Part shown: positions 38,825 to 51,782 of the stretch, piece after piece
Position numbering within the stretch: position 1 is the first letter of the stretch
Layout of the letters: every line of letters begins with the position of its first letter
Source of the DNA: Octopus sinensis
Lineage: Eukaryota
DNA: 64,000 bases
Assembly: GCF_006345805.1 (NCBI RefSeq)
Contig: NC_042997.1
Coordinates: 192,820,001 to 192,884,000, forward strand
Reading direction: 5' to 3'
The notes under the pieces: generated by a model
What the model was told of the DNA's origin: nothing
The model's database searches: none
What the model saw: the letters and a program-made list of their open reading frames with translations, nothing else
Made by a program: the position numbers and the translations under genes

Positions 38825-39547
38825 GTAATTCATCTCCAAAACCGGTGCGCTTACCAAATGGACCTACCAATCCGACTGATTTCAGATCCCAACTCAATAA
38901 AAATGTATCAAACGGTGGCTCGGTGATCAATGATAACAAGACTTTGCCACAACGGAACGTACCTGCAACTCGTAAATTTCAGCCTCCAACTCCTCATCCT
39001 GTAAACACTAGCAATGACATCAACAGCAACATCACCAACAATAACCACTCTGTTAATGTTAATACAACCCCCAGCCCATCGCAACACACTGCTGGTGGCA
39101 TTGCAATGAACGTTGGCGGAGGACGTCGGATGCCAGGATCACATCCGCCTCCACCTCCCCCACCACCTCCAGGTCGTCCTCCCTCTCTGCCCAACAACCG
39201 AACACCAAATAAAAACCGGCCATCCAGCATGATTGGAAGGCCTTTACCTCCACCTCCAACATTATCTTCCTCCTCCTCCTCGTCCTCTTCAAGCTCTTCC
39301 TTAAACCGAGCCCAGCCTCCACCACCACCACCACCACCCACACGAGGTCCACCACTCCCTCCTGAAAGGGTAGCCAGTAGCAGTGGGACACTACCAAGGT
39401 CAAAACCTCCAGCTCAGAGGCCTCCTCCTCCACCTCCTACAAGACCACCTGCAGGCCCTTCCCGGGTAATGATCCAAAGTCAAGAAGGCCCAAGTCCTCC
39501 ACAGCGAACATCAAGTAATCTTAGTTCGAGCAGCAACATGAGCATGG
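38825..39547 (+). CDS. WIP: WIP/verprolin proline-rich constant exon (241 codons)
   Basis: tttttctgtatcag| acceptor, ATGG|gtaagt donor, 723 nt, phase 1-1; several poly-Pro tracts and GRPLPPPP / GPPLPPER SH3-ligand-like motifs. Confidence 0.9.
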
Positions 39548-39569
39548 GTAAGTTTGCTTTTAACCTTAA

Positions 39570-40323
39570 CCCTTTCGTTATTGTATTTATTTTGAGATGC
39601 TCTGTGTTTCTTTCAATTATTTCAAATATAACAAAGAATTTAGTAAAATAACTTAGCTATCATTAAGCTTGTGTTAGGAGGATTATTATAATAATAATAA
39701 TAATAATGAAATTATTGTATACAGTGCTCAGGTGCACCACAACTTGTCAAAAGTGCATATAAAGAATATGCAGTAATGTACAAATGCCTGGGAAGTGAAC
39801 AGTGTATGAGTCAGATACATGCTTGCGTGTGTATGGAGGGGAGAAAATCAGGTGTAGTGTTGGCGAATCTCAGGAAGCATGGAAGTTTTGAAGGATGCAG
39901 TGCTCCGACAACTAACAACTGATGCCAGCAGTCTGTTCCATGCTTCAGCAACTCTTAGCATGAAAAAATGTTTCCGAAAGTCAAGGGAGCTGTGCTGTTT
40001 TCTGACTTTGTGAACATGTCCACGGGTGTTAGACATATGGAGTTTGAAAAGGTGCTCAGAGTTATTGTTAGTAAGATGGTTAATAATTTTATGGGTGCCA
40101 GACGTCGGAGTTTCAATGTATCCATGCCCAGGGAAGTAAGGCATTCAGAATATGGCAAATGCCTGATGTACGGTATTTTTATTCAAAACTTATGGAAATA
40201 TGGCAAATGCCTGATGTACGGTATTCTCTTGGCTGCACAAGGTTTGGTGAAAGATTTTTATTCAAAACTTATGGAAATAAGACATTTGTACTACAGAGCC
40301 AGATCCGGTTTCAGCTGGGTTAA
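39570..40323. mobile_element. piggyBac-like (TTAA) MITE interrupted by a CR1-like LINE; second left-half copy at 40615-40745
   Basis: TTAA|CCCTTTCGTT start duplicated at 39566 and 40611; right end ...gctgggTTAA at about 40323. Confidence 0.55.
39690..40158 (-). mobile_element. CR1/L2-like LINE 3' fragment
   Basis: PYSECLTSLGMDTLKLRRL and TRGHVHKVRK...RKHFFMLRVAEAWN, typical post-RT C-terminal motifs; (ATT)n tail. Confidence 0.85.
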
Positions 40324-42159
40324 TCTTTTGTTGATGAATTTATTAGTTTCTGCTTTTATGTAATTCAACTTCTTTCACTTTGTTTCAGAGACAGTCTTAC
40401 TTTAATTATTTGCTTTTGATGCTTTATAATCTGAGGTTTCTTGAAAAATAATGTTGAGAAGAATTATTTATTTTATAATGTTTGGTTACTGTTTTTAAAG
40501 AAAATATCTTGTGAGAGAGTCAAAACAAAAAACAAAAAAAAAGCTTACAAATCTGTTTGTCATTTTGAAATATTTCAAAATACCTTGCAGTTGAATGCCA
40601 GTCAGTTCTGTTAACCCTTTCGTTACTGTATTTATTTTGAGATGCTCTGTGTTTCTTTCAATTATTTTAAATATAACAAAGAATTTAGTAAAATAACTTA
40701 GTTACCATTAAGCTAGTGTTAGGAACATAAATTGTGACTAAATTGTGACTGGCTTCCGTGCCGGTGGCACGTAAATTGCACCAATCCGACCGTGGCCGTT
40801 GCCAGCCTCGCCTGGCACGTAAAAAGCACCCACTACACTCACGGAGTGGTTGGCATTAGGAAGGGCATCCAGCTGTAGAAACATTGCCAGATAAGACTCT
40901 TTTGCCGAACCACTAAGTTACAGGGACATAAACACACCCCTATTGGTTGTCGAGCGATGTTGGGGGGACAAACACAGACACACAAACATATACACACACA
41001 TACACATATATACATATATATGACAGGCTTCTTTCAGTTTCCATCTACCAAATCCACTCACAAGACTTTGGTCATCATCATCATCATCATCGTTTAACGT
41101 CCGTTCTCCATGCTAGCATGGGTTGGACGGTTCGACCGGGGATCTGGGAAGCCAGAAGGCTGCACCAGGCTCCAGTCTTATCTGGCAGTGTTTCTACAGC
41201 TGGATGCCCTTCCTAACGCCAACCACTCCGTGAGTGTAGTGGGTGCTTTTTACGTGCCACCTGCACAGGTGCCAGGCGAGGCTGGCAACGGCCACGGTCG
41301 GATTGGTGTATTTTATGTGCCACCGACACGGAAGCCAGATGAGGCGAAGCTGGCATCGGCCACGAGTCGGATAGTGCTTTTTACGTACCACCAGACCAGG
41401 GATCCTGGCTGGTTCAATTCGATGTCCGTGACTATAGTAGAAGACACTTGCCCAAGATTGGTGGCAGTTTTCTCTGCTGCTGTGCGTATCACATGATGAA
41501 GGGTCATCACAAACAGTGAGATACTGTCATTCAACCCATCCCAGTATGGGAAAAAATAACTATAAAATAACGATATGGTGAACCACTAGGTACTTTGATG
41601 AAATTTCTTAATGATGAGCTCATTATTTAGAATTCTTGTTGAAATGCAAATGACCAGAGTGATTATGAATACTTGGTTGTGCTATATGTAGCCTTGCAAT
41701 TTATCATCAGCCCTTAGTTTAATTCCAAGAGCACTTACACATCAATAATATCCCTTTCACCCACTCCCCAGTGACTACTAGAAAACACACAATTTTCTCT
41801 CTTTTCCCTCTCTTTTCATATCCACTCTGATTATCGGAATATGAAAGTCAAATAACTAGATATGAGGTGCCAGCTGTCACAGCCATTAATATCTCTTGCT
41901 TTTTGGTATTAAGTAGTTTTCAACTTCTCACCTATGTACACTATGTATGGATATATATATATATATGTGTGTGTGTATGTGTGCATGCATGTATACACAC
42001 GCACATTATATACTCTATCGAAACTCACTTTACAAAATTTTAAATAATATATTTATTCTTTTTTATATCTTATAAAAATGAATTTCTGTTTCTTTATTGG
42101 AGAATTTTGTTTCCAAATTTCACTATTATCATCATCATCATCCTCATTGTCGTCGTCAA

Positions 42160-42630
42160 ACCAGCAACCTGGCAGAGTCATTAATTAGCATGTTGAGCGA
42201 AATGCTTAGTGGTATTTCGTCTGCTGCTATGTTCTGATTTCAAATTCCGCCAAGGTCAATATTTGCCTTTCATCCTTTTGGGGTCAATAAAATAAATACC
42301 AGTCAAGCAATAGGGTTGATGTGATCGATTGTCCCCCTCCCCACAAAAATCCAGTCCTTGTGCCTATAGTAGAAAGGATTATTATTATTATTATTATTTA
42401 GGTGGCAAGCTGGCAGAATCATTAGCACGCTGGACGAAATGCTTAGCAGTATTTTGCCCATCACTACGCTCTGAGTTCAAATTCCACCAATGTCGACTTT
42501 GCCTTTCATCCTTTTGGGGTCAATAAATAGAGTACCAGTGAAACACTGCGGTCAATATAATCAACTAGTTCACTCCCATCAAATTTCAGGCCTTATGCCT
42601 ATAGTAGAAAGGATTATTACTGTTATTATT
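42160..42630 (+). mobile_element. Two tandem SINE A variants with (TTA)n tails
   Basis: Each ends ggccttgtgcc...tagaaaggatt(att)n; the next head starts directly in the tail. Confidence 0.75.
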
Positions 42631-42914
42631 ATTATTATTATTATAGTGCAGAATAAAATGTCGAAAATCAATTTTTATCAACCAACATTTTTTCTACTTA
42701 TACTACATGTTATTTTCCAATCTCAGTAAATTTTAACATAAACCAAGTTATTTCCCTTGAAATGGGTAAAGCTTTCAATTTTGTTTCGCTATCATTCAAG
42801 AGATCACTAACTAGATGGATTTAAAGCTTCATAACTAGTTGCTTATAATTCTGGTATACCTTTGTACTCGGTCAGTTTTCTCACTCTCTTCCATCTATAA
42901 AAGCCTTGTTTGTA

Positions 42915-43380
42915 TGTCATCATCATCATCGTTTAACATCCGCTTTCCATGCTATCCTGGGTTGGACGATTTCACTGAGGACTGGCAAACCAGATGGCTG
43001 CACCAGGCTCCACTCTTGATCTGGCAGGGTTTCTACAGCTGGATGCCCTTCCTAACGCCAACCACTCTGAGAGCGTAGTGGGTGCTTTTACGTGCCACCG
43101 GCATGGGGGCCAGTCAGGCGGTACTGGCATTGACCTCACTCGAATCTTTCTACACATCCCACTGGCACAGGTGTCAGTAAGGCGATGCTGGTAATGATCA
43201 CACTTGAATGGTACCTTTTACCTGCCGCCGGCATGGAAGCCAGTTAGCTGCTCTGGCAATGATCATGCTCAGATTGGTGCTCCTATCACCCTACTAGCAC
43301 GGGGCTCAAGTGCCAGTAAGGCGACGCTGGTAACGATCACACTCGAATAGTGCCTTTTATGTGCCACTGGCATGGGCAGT
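42915..43380 (-). mobile_element. RTE LINE 3' UTR with internal repeats
   Basis: (ATC)n tail, ctggatgcccttcct motif, repeated aaggcga(t/c)gctggtaa(t/c)gatcacact blocks. Confidence 0.7.
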
Positions 43381-43730
43381 AACTTTTCCTGAACATCCTC
43401 CAGGAATGGACATCTTTGACAAACAGTACAATAAATGTTTGATGTGATTTCATTCAACAGCACAAAATCCATTTACTAAGCATGTCAGTGAACGTAAACT
43501 CATGTCATAGTCTGTTCTACTTGTGAGAAGAAATACAATTCACCTCATTCTTTACAAATGCCAAATCTTTCTATATATGACAATCTCCTTTAAAGGCTAC
43601 AGACTCCACCTAGCCAAGACCACATTACAAAGGTTTAATTTCCTCTTCATAGCCAGGTGAAACGGTAGCAATGAACAGCTGGCCCTCCAGCATTACAGTA
43701 TTGATTGCATACATAGGAGAGGACACCACC

Positions 43731-43765
<35 letters not shown>

Positions 43766-44775
43766 AGATAAATTCAATGCCATCTCTTTTATAAACAATG
43801 AGAATTATAAACAAATGAATTGCTAGAGAGAACCTAAAGGGGTCTGTGGCCCATGTGTTCTTGGTGATCCATTATACCCATAATCCAAGCACTTTACTTT
43901 CAAGGCCTAAGTCCACCTTGCTCTGAGTATAAATACTGCTCGGTGGTTCAATTCGGGGACACCACTGCAGGAACAAAATGACTTGCAAGTGACATTTGTT
44001 CCACCCCTCTGTGATCTGAGTTCAGACCTTGTCAAAATCAACATTGCATTTCTCCCTTTCAGGGTCACCAAAAGAAAAAGTGTTAATCCAGGACTGTGGA
44101 TTGACTCAACTATTAGAGGATCAGGCAAGATGCTTTGCCCTATCGCTTCCAGTCCTTTGTATTCTGACAGCAGCACTTGCTACAACATTGGTGCAAGGCT
44201 GTGTCAGTCCAAGTTGGTGGCCTTTCCCCTGTATAGACATCAGTGGCATAGACAGGAAAGATTTTTGAGAACATGCATGGTCAACATTCTGCACTCACAT
44301 GAGTTAGAGAGACAGTATTGTCTGTTGTCATTTCCATTGACAAATCGTCCTTTTGCTCTGCACATTTGAAGACAAATGGAATGGAAACTTTGTTGCTTGA
44401 TAAAACAGATATGGGTTAGTAGCAGGAAAACTGTAAAACAATGCCTTAAGTATATGTATTCATCTAACCCATGCTAACACAGAAAAACAAAGGAATATAT
44501 ATAGTCCTAGCACCTGTGCCATTGGCATATGTAAAAAGATTCAAGCGAGGTTGTTGCCAGTACCACCTGACTGGCCCCCGTGCTGGTGGCACGTAAAAGC
44601 ACCCACTACACTCTTGGAGTGGTTGGCATTAGGAAGGGCATCGAGCTGTAGAAACACTGCCAGATCAAGACTGGAGCCTGGTGCAGCCATCTGGTTTGCC
44701 AGCCCTCAGTCAAACCGTCCAACCCATGCTAGCATGGAAAGAGGACGTTAAACAATGGTGATGATGATGATGATG

Positions 44776-45125
44776 GGTGTGGTTGTGTGGTTGAGATTAT
44801 TTCCCGACCATATGGTTCCTGGTTCAATGCCACTGTGTGACACCTCAGGCAAGTGTCTTTTTCTGTAGCCCCAGGCTGACCAAAGCCTTGTGAGTGATTT
44901 TTCTAGATGGAAACTGAAAGAAGCTCATCATATGTGTGTATGTGTATCATTTGGTGTCTCCTTGTCTTGTCATAAAAACATGTTTGGCCATAGGGAAATA
45001 TTGCCTTACTCAGTAACTGGTGAGGGTTGGTGACAGGAGGGGCATCTAGCTGTAGAAAATCTGCTCTCATCAAAACGTCCAACCCATGCCAGCATGGAAA
45101 ACAGACATTAAATGATGATGATGGT
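44776..45125 (+). mobile_element. SINE B-head variant carrying an RTE-type 3' tail
   Basis: tRNA/CORE-like head followed by gacaggaggggcatctagctgtagaaa...ccatgccagcatgg...(gat)n. Confidence 0.65.
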
Positions 45126-46540
45126 TGATATATATATATATATATATATCCCTCTCTCTTTCGGAGAGGCACAAGCAGCTACATGCACATATACATACAC
45201 GGCAGTAACTTCCGCCTACCAAATTCTATCACAAAGCTTCGGTTGGCCCGGGGCTATAGCAGAAGACGCTTGCCCAAAGTGCCATGCGGTGGGACTGAAC
45301 CTGAAACCATGTAGCTAGAAACCAAGCTCCCTACCACACAGCCATGATGATGATGATGATATATATATATATAAAAATTAAATGAATATAAAATTAGCTT
45401 AGTTATGACCTTGTTATATTTTCTCTTAGGCATCACACATTTATTAAATATTCCACATTTTCTGTATTCAACCACAAGGCCTTTTATTTACTTATCCATT
45501 ACGTATTTATTCAATATATCTTTTATTTACTACAACTTGTTTACTGTAATGAGCTATAATTTTTGTTTACATAGCTGTTGATTGTTTATATATACATTGC
45601 ATCCAGTTTTATTTACTTAACAGTAAACTGTTCATTTACTGTAACCTGCTTATTCTTCATATGTAACTATGCTCCATTTTAATTATTTCAATATGTTTCA
45701 TTTGCTTAATTATGACCTGTTTTACTTACATACATCTGACCTGTTTTCTTCTAGTTCCTCTTGAATATATCCTCTTTAATATTTTGTCATCATCATAATG
45801 TTATTGTCCAGTTTTCCTTGCTTGCATAAGTCAGACATTGAGGTAGATTTTCTGCTGTCAATACTCACCTGTTTCCAAATCAGGTAATATTTCCCCCATG
45901 GCTAGACATGTTTTCACAGAAAACCAGTGATGAATGACAATGTTTATATTATGCAATATCAAGACAAAGAAAAATAAGCATACGAGCATACACACACACA
46001 TACAATGAGCTTCTTTCAGTTTCTGTTGACCAAATCCTCCCACAAGTCTTTGGTCAGCCCAGGGCTATACTAGAAGACATTTTTTGAAGGTGTCAGTAGG
46101 ACTGAACCCAAAGCAGTCTGGCTGGGAAGCCAACTTCCTAACTACACAGCCATGCCTGCACTAACTCCTCCTCTGAATTTGGAGCAACTAATTTGTGTCA
46201 CACCAACAGGATATATTTGTCAATAGATACCATCTTGCTAAATCACTGTCATGGGACATATCAAATGTACAGTCCTCTTTCCATGACTCACTTGATTTTT
46301 CTGAAACTAATCTATGCTTAAGGCAGCAAGTTGATAGAACCATTAGCATACCAGGCAGAATGCTTAGCAGTATTTTGTCGGTCTCAACATTCTGAGTTCA
46401 AATTTCGCCAAAGTTGACTTTGCCTTTCATCATTTTGTGGTTGATAAAATAAGAGTACCAGTTGAGCGCTGGGGTTGATGTAATTGATTTAACTACTCCT
46501 GGGTATGAGTATAAAGGTGGGGCAAAAAATTGCATCCTTC

Positions 46541-46758
46541 TTATTTCTTTATTGCCCACAAGGGGCTAAACATAGAGGGGACAAACAAGGACAGACAAAG
46601 GGATTAAGTCAATTACATCGATCCCCAGTGCGTAACTGGTATTTATTTATCGACCCCAAAAGGATGGAAGGCAAAGTCGACCTCGGCGGAATTTGAACTC
46701 AGAACGTAACGGCAGACGAAATATTGCTAAGCATTTCGCCCAGTGTGCTAACGATTCT
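46541..46758 (-). mobile_element. SINE family A
   Basis: High-identity reverse copy. Confidence 0.85.
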
Positions 46759-47569
46759 GCATCCTTCTGTCAATCCATGTTGAGCCAGTGTAACAGAGTA
46801 GGCTCATCAAACCAATATGATCTCATGTTCAAATTCACAGCCTAGACATCAGACCATGGTTGGTGGAGAGAGCATGCTGTGGCCCTCATTCTGCAGTGAA
46901 CTGAATATGGGCAGTCCAATCCTAATCCGAATCTGTGTTTACATAATAAATGTGGCTACATTATCTCACTGAAGTCAGCACTTGTTTCTGTTGCTTCAAC
47001 CTTCTTTATTTGCTGTATCTTTACATTGTTAGAGTTGTCTAAACTTAAAAACCTTTTAGTTGCAATCCCTGTCCCATTCACTTACATAATTCTTTTTTTA
47101 ATCCCACATTACCCTTAATCTCTCACTTGATTTCTAAAGATTTGGAGCAGTATACTTCATCACAGGCCTATGAAACAGCATCTACACATTTGCTTAAACC
47201 ACTAGAAACAGCAGCTAAATCTCTCTCAAACAACACCTTTATGAAACATGCAAGGACGCATTGGATGATGGAATCCTAAATAGATTATACCTAAAAATAA
47301 AATGACGGGTGGCTTGGTCTAGGCTGGAATTATCATGATCTCATCATTGTTTAACATCTGCCTTCCATTCTAGTATGGGTGAGATGGTTTCACAAGAGCC
47401 AGCAGGCAGAAGCCTGCACCAGACTTCTGTGACTGTTTTGGCAGGGTTTTTACAGCTGGATGCCCTTCCTAACAGTAACCACTTTGCAGAGTGGAATGTT
47501 TAAAATATTAAGTCTGTTCATCCAGTGTTGATCTTTAAGGGGATTGTTTTGTAGGTAGACATTATTATT

Positions 47570-47892
47570 ATGGCTGTGTAGTTAAGAAGCTCACTTCTCA
47601 ACCATGTGGTCTCAAGTTCTGTCCCACTGTGTAGCACCTTGGGCAAGGGTCTTCAATGTTGCCCCCAGAATTGAACAGACTGAAAATGAAAGAAGACTCT
47701 GTGTGCGTGTGTGTATGTACTTTTGTCTTGACATCATGTGATGGTTTTAAACAAGCATCACTGTCATACAAGCATTATTACCTTGCTTGGAAGCAGGTAA
47801 GAGTTGGTGACAGGAAGGGCACCCAACTGTAAAAACCTGCCTCAACGAATTCCGTCTGACCCATGCTAGCATGGAGAAGTGGACATTAAATC
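47570..47892 (+). mobile_element. SINE B-head variant with RTE-type tail
   Basis: Same structure as 44776-45125. Confidence 0.65.
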
Positions 47893-48539
47893 ATATTTGT
47901 ATGTCCCACCAATCACTTGTCTTGTTTTATTGGCAATCTTATTTGGTCAAGCTTATTTGGATTCCTTTGACTCTGGTCATTCACCCATCACATGAAATAG
48001 TTCTTCTGTGACTGAACAATGCATATCTTTGCTGAGTGACCAATGCTATTGCTACTATGTTATCTACCCATCAACTAAACAAAGCTAGTCTCAAGAACAA
48101 GCTGCTATTTATTCTGATAGTTTGCATCAGCATGAAATAAAAACAGCAAAATTGCATGTTTGAGAGACAAAATGATAGTTAGGCTTCATGTATTGCCCTT
48201 TGTTAAAGATGGGGAATAAAGAAAACATTTGTATGTTCATTTTCAAAAAACATTTCACCAGAGATTTTCGTGGTCTTCTATAAACATGTGATCTGCTGCA
48301 ATATCCATAGTCCATGGTACTGTAACGTACAATCTGCTACTAAGACCTTACTTGATATTGATTATTAAGGCAAATCAACAAAGACTCTATCTGACCTGAT
48401 CTAATAAAAAGGTAATCAACAAATGCTGAAATTTTAATCCCCCTAAAGTTCAAACCAATATCACTAGACTTAGCACAGTTTTCTCTCTCTAATGCAATTG
48501 AAAGATTTTGGTAGAGGTATGACATTAACAGAAGACATT

Positions 48540-49062
48540 ACTCTCTTTACTCTTTTACTCGTTTCAGTCATTTGACTGTGACCATGCTGGAGCACCACCT
48601 TTAGTTGAGCAAATCGACCCCAGGACTTATTCTTTGTTAGCCTAATACTTATTCTGTCGGTCTCTTTTGCTGAACTGCTAAGTTACAGGGATGTAAACAC
48701 ACCAACATTGGTTGTCAAGCGGTGTTGGAGGGACAAATACAGACACACAAACATATACACACACATGCATATATATATACGACGGGCTTCTTTCAGTTTC
48801 CGTCTATCAAATCCACTCACAAGGCTTTGGTCGGCCCGAGGCTATAGTAGAAGACACTTGCCCAAGGTGCCACGCAGTGGGACTGAACCTGGAACCATGG
48901 TTGTCCAGTAGTGGTGGAGGACAAACACAGACACAAAGGCACACACACACACATACACATAAATCAGGCTATAGTAGAAGACACTTGCCCAAGGTGCCAT
49001 GCAGTAGAACTGAACCTGGAACCACGTGGTTGGGAAGCAAACTTTTTACCACACAGCCACCA
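48540..49062 (-). mobile_element. SINE family B with partial internal duplication
   Basis: ggctatagtagaagacacttgcccaagg block occurs twice. Confidence 0.8.
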
Positions 49063-49162
49063 GTTCTGATCATTTACTAACCAAATCTTAAATGTCACCT
49101 ACAATAGATTACTGCTAACTTACTGGGGACATAGGTCATTCACCTGATTTACTCATTAATAT

Positions 49163-49591
49163 GGTATAACACTGGCAGAAACGTTAGCGCACCGGACGAA
49201 ATGCTGAGCAGTATTTCGTCTCTCTTTACGTTCTGAGTTCAAATTCCGCCGAGGTCGACTTTGCCTTTCATCCTTTCGGGGTTGATAAATTAAGTACCAG
49301 TTATGCACTGGGGTTGATGTAATCGACTTAATACCTATGTCTGTCCTTGTTTGTCCCCTCTGTGTTTAGCCCCATGTGGGTAATAAAGAAATAGGTATTT
49401 CGTCTGTCTTTACGTTCTGAGTTCAAATTCCGCCGAGGTCGACTTTGCCTTTCATCCTTTCGGGGTCGATAAATTAAGTACCAGTTACGCACTGGGGTCG
49501 ATGTAATCGACTTAATACCTATGTCTGTCCTTGTTTGTCCCCTCTGTGTTTAGCCCCTTGTGGGTAGTAAAGAAATAGGTATAACACTGGC
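49163..49591 (+). mobile_element. SINE family A dimer with one 14-bp TSD
   Basis: TSD ggtataacactggc at 49163-49176 and 49578-49591; second unit starts at ggtatttcg (49394). Confidence 0.9.
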
Positions 49592-50029
49592 TCTATTTTG
49601 GGTTTTTTTGTTTTGTTGTTTTTTTCTGTCTCTTCTATTACTGCTACGACAACCTCTGTTCTTCTGAACCAACTTGATGCATTCCACTCCGTTTCATCCC
49701 GCTCAGCCTGACACCTGTCTCTTCTCTTCCAATCATTCCTTTTGTGCCTTTGCTCCAAAATTCCACTTAAACACTTTGTCCAATTTTCATTTGCCATAAT
49801 TATAACCTTCGAGTACTCTCAATAACTCACATCTGTTGTAGTCATATTAGGTGTGTGTGACAAAATGTAGAGCAAACTGTGTGTTGTCACATTTTTTATG
49901 AAAATACAGTGTATTTTTAATTACTTCTAGATTTGTTAATCTATGTTTCTAGTTTACCCTTTCTTCCAGTTGCTAAAACAACTCACTATGATAATCCTTA
50001 TATCTCAGTTGATTTATAGCTCCAGATTA

Positions 50030-50644
50030 TATGTATGTATGTGTGTGTGTGGTGTGTGTGTGTGTATCTATGTATGTATGTATGTATGTATACATATATA
50101 TGTATGTGTATATACATATATATGTATGCATGTGTATATATATGCATGTGTATATATAAATGTATGCATGTGTGTATATATATATATGTATGTATGTATG
50201 CATGTGTGTATATATATATATGTATTATGTATGCATGTGTGTATATATATATATATATGTATTATGTATGCATGTGTATATATATATATGTATGTATGCA
50301 TGTGTATATATATATATGTATGTATGCATGTGTGTATATATATATGTATTATGTATGCATGTGTGTATATATATATATATATGTATTATGTATGCATGTG
50401 TATATATATATATGTATGTATGCATGTGTATATATATGTATGTATGCATGTGTATATATATATATGTATGTATGCATGTGTATATATATATATGTATGTA
50501 TGCATGTGTATATATATATATGTATGTATGCATGTGTATATATATATATGTATTATGTATGCATGTGTATATATATATATGTATGTATGCATGTGTATAT
50601 ATATATATGTATGTATGCATGTGTATATATATGTATGTATGTAT

Positions 50645-50682
<38 letters not shown>

Positions 50683-50719
50683 GTATGTGTGTATATATAT
50701 GTATGTATGTATGTATGCG

Positions 50720-50750
<31 letters not shown>

Positions 50751-50866
50751 GTATGTGTGTATATATATGTATGTATGTATGTGTGTGTGTATATATATAT
50801 GTATGCATGTGTGTATATATATATGTATGTATGTGTGTATATATATATATATGTATGTATGCATAC

Positions 50867-50897
<31 letters not shown>

Positions 50898-50950
50898 CAT
50901 GTATATATATATATATACACACAGACACACACACTCACATACATTTTTAT
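50030..50950. repeat. Compound (TA)/(TATG)/(TGCA) microsatellite, about 920 bp
   Basis: Seen directly; higher-order unit tatgtatgcatgtgta(ta)n. Confidence 0.95.
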
Positions 50951-51782
50951 GTATGTACATACATATAAAACACTTGTGACTTCATTTTCCATTGATTGTA
51001 TTTATAAATCAATGCAAAATAGACGCTTCAAAGTTTGTTGACTTTAAAATTTTATTGCTTTATCTATATTGTCAGTGACTTCACTGTCAAGCTGCATTAA
51101 TTCTTACCAAGTCTCACAGCAGAATATATATACTGTTACCATACATATATTTGTTCAGCTGTTGTCTGTTGTTATTTTCTCTATACTAGCTTTGGCAGAC
51201 TTTGAAGGCTTCTGTAAGCTGGATAATCTCATATCTAGTTAATCTATGTATAATAAGTAGGCTCGCCTTAAATCTTGCTCCTCTAATAACCGTGCGCATG
51301 TTCATCCACAGATTTAGGATTATAGTAGGAGGAGGAATGCCAGACACTCTGTGAGTTAAAATATATCACCGAGTCAAGTGAAACAGTCTGAAAATTCATG
51401 TTGTTCTATGAGGATACAAAGACAAATTTCTGTTGATGGAACTATCATTTTTTGCATCGTTCGACACATTCAAACTGGATTTGTAAAATGTTAACCAACT
51501 TATTTTTATTTCCATTATCAAGTTACATTTTCTTTCATATGTAATCTAACAAACGAAAGCCGTAAAGGTGGGGGGAAAAAATAGATGTTTTACTGTTATA
51601 CTTTTCTTTGTTTATTTTTACATTCATTTACTTTGTTGTCTGTGACTTCTGTCAGATCTTCTTCAAATATTGCTATCTTTAATACTGGAAATATTCTTAT
51701 AAACGAGACTAAAAATATATTTCTTGGATGTTATTCATCTGAATGATTTCCCTGCTTTAAGTGTTCCAGTTCACTTGCACCG

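Noticed and set aside
38994-39433. Antisense Gly/Glu-rich ORFs; also alternative frames over the OTU ORF (51829-52599, 52113-52316)
   Set aside because: Shadows of Pro/Ser-rich coding sequence.
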